Positions 51,029 through 51,481 of a stretch of 51,481 nucleotides of DNA are shown here, piece by piece. Source of the DNA: Octopus bimaculoides (Eukaryota); NCBI RefSeq assembly GCF_001194135.2, contig NC_068984.1:78621757-78673237 (forward strand), read 5' to 3'. The notes beneath the pieces were generated by a model. The model ran no database searches, was not told the DNA's origin, and worked only from the letters and a program-made list of their open reading frames with translations. The position numbers and the translations under genes were made by a program. The stretch's first letter is position 1; each line of letters starts with the position of its first letter.

Positions 51029-51264
51029 TAAGTATTTATTTAATGTAGACAATATATTTTTTTTGTGTATGGACATATGTGTGTGTAAGTGTGTGCGCAT
51101 GTGTACATGTGAATAAGTATATATAGTTCATATATATATCTCCATATATCTATTTTTCTTACACAATACATTCCATATCTGTGCATGTACATGCATGCAC
51201 ATATACATTTATCTGCAATTAATATTACACTGGTTGGTGACTATAGCTGCAAGCAATAATCAAA

Positions 51265-51457
51265 GCAACTTAGGTTGAGTGAGAGAAAGTTGGGGCGATA
51301 GAGTACAAGAGGGGTCGCCACCATCCCCTGCCGGAGCCTCGTGGATCTTTAGGTGTTTTCGCTTAATAAACACACACAATGCCCAGTCTGGGAATCGAAA
51401 CCGTGATCCTCCGACTGTGAGTCCGCTGCTGTAACCACTGGGCCATTGCGCCTCCAC
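51265..51457 (-). mobile_element. tRNA-derived SINE, family D
   Basis: Minus strand ggaggcgcaatggcccagtggtt (A box)...ggtttcgattccc (B box); CpG-rich, so probably young. Confidence 0.8.
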
Positions 51458-51481
51458 ATATATATTTATATATATATATAT

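Overview
AT-rich, microsatellite-dense eukaryotic DNA from a draft assembly with 10 N-gaps (1181-1720, 2462-2592, 8286-8380, 18776-19333, 30606-30668, 32882-33747, 37860-38153, 47216-47634, 47969-47978, 48602-48701). Most gaps are bordered by simple repeats. The repeat families look like those of Octopus; this is inference from remembered repeat sequences and was not checked. I found no recognisable host protein-coding gene, rRNA, genuine tRNA or CRISPR array, and the window reads as intronic or intergenic. It contains many transposable-element remnants: at least four tRNA-derived SINE families; RTE-type LINE fragments; restriction-like-endonuclease LINE remnants; Penelope-like (PLE) fossils; a decayed DD37D Tc1/mariner; pogo-, hAT- and piggyBac-type MITEs; and a Chapaev3-like 5' end. 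The best leads are structural RNA signals. A 191-bp element inserted in (TA)n is present as two identical inverted copies 25 kb apart plus a diverged third copy, and all three carry a minimal type I hammerhead-ribozyme fold with a non-canonical core (CUGUUGA). A second (TA)n-embedded element carries a canonical-core hammerhead with a long stem II insert. Three long palindromes, an intact double C2H2 zinc-finger ORF remnant and a few weak promoter or exon candidates are also reported. Repeat boundaries are approximate unless terminal inverted repeats (TIRs) or target-site duplications (TSDs) are quoted.
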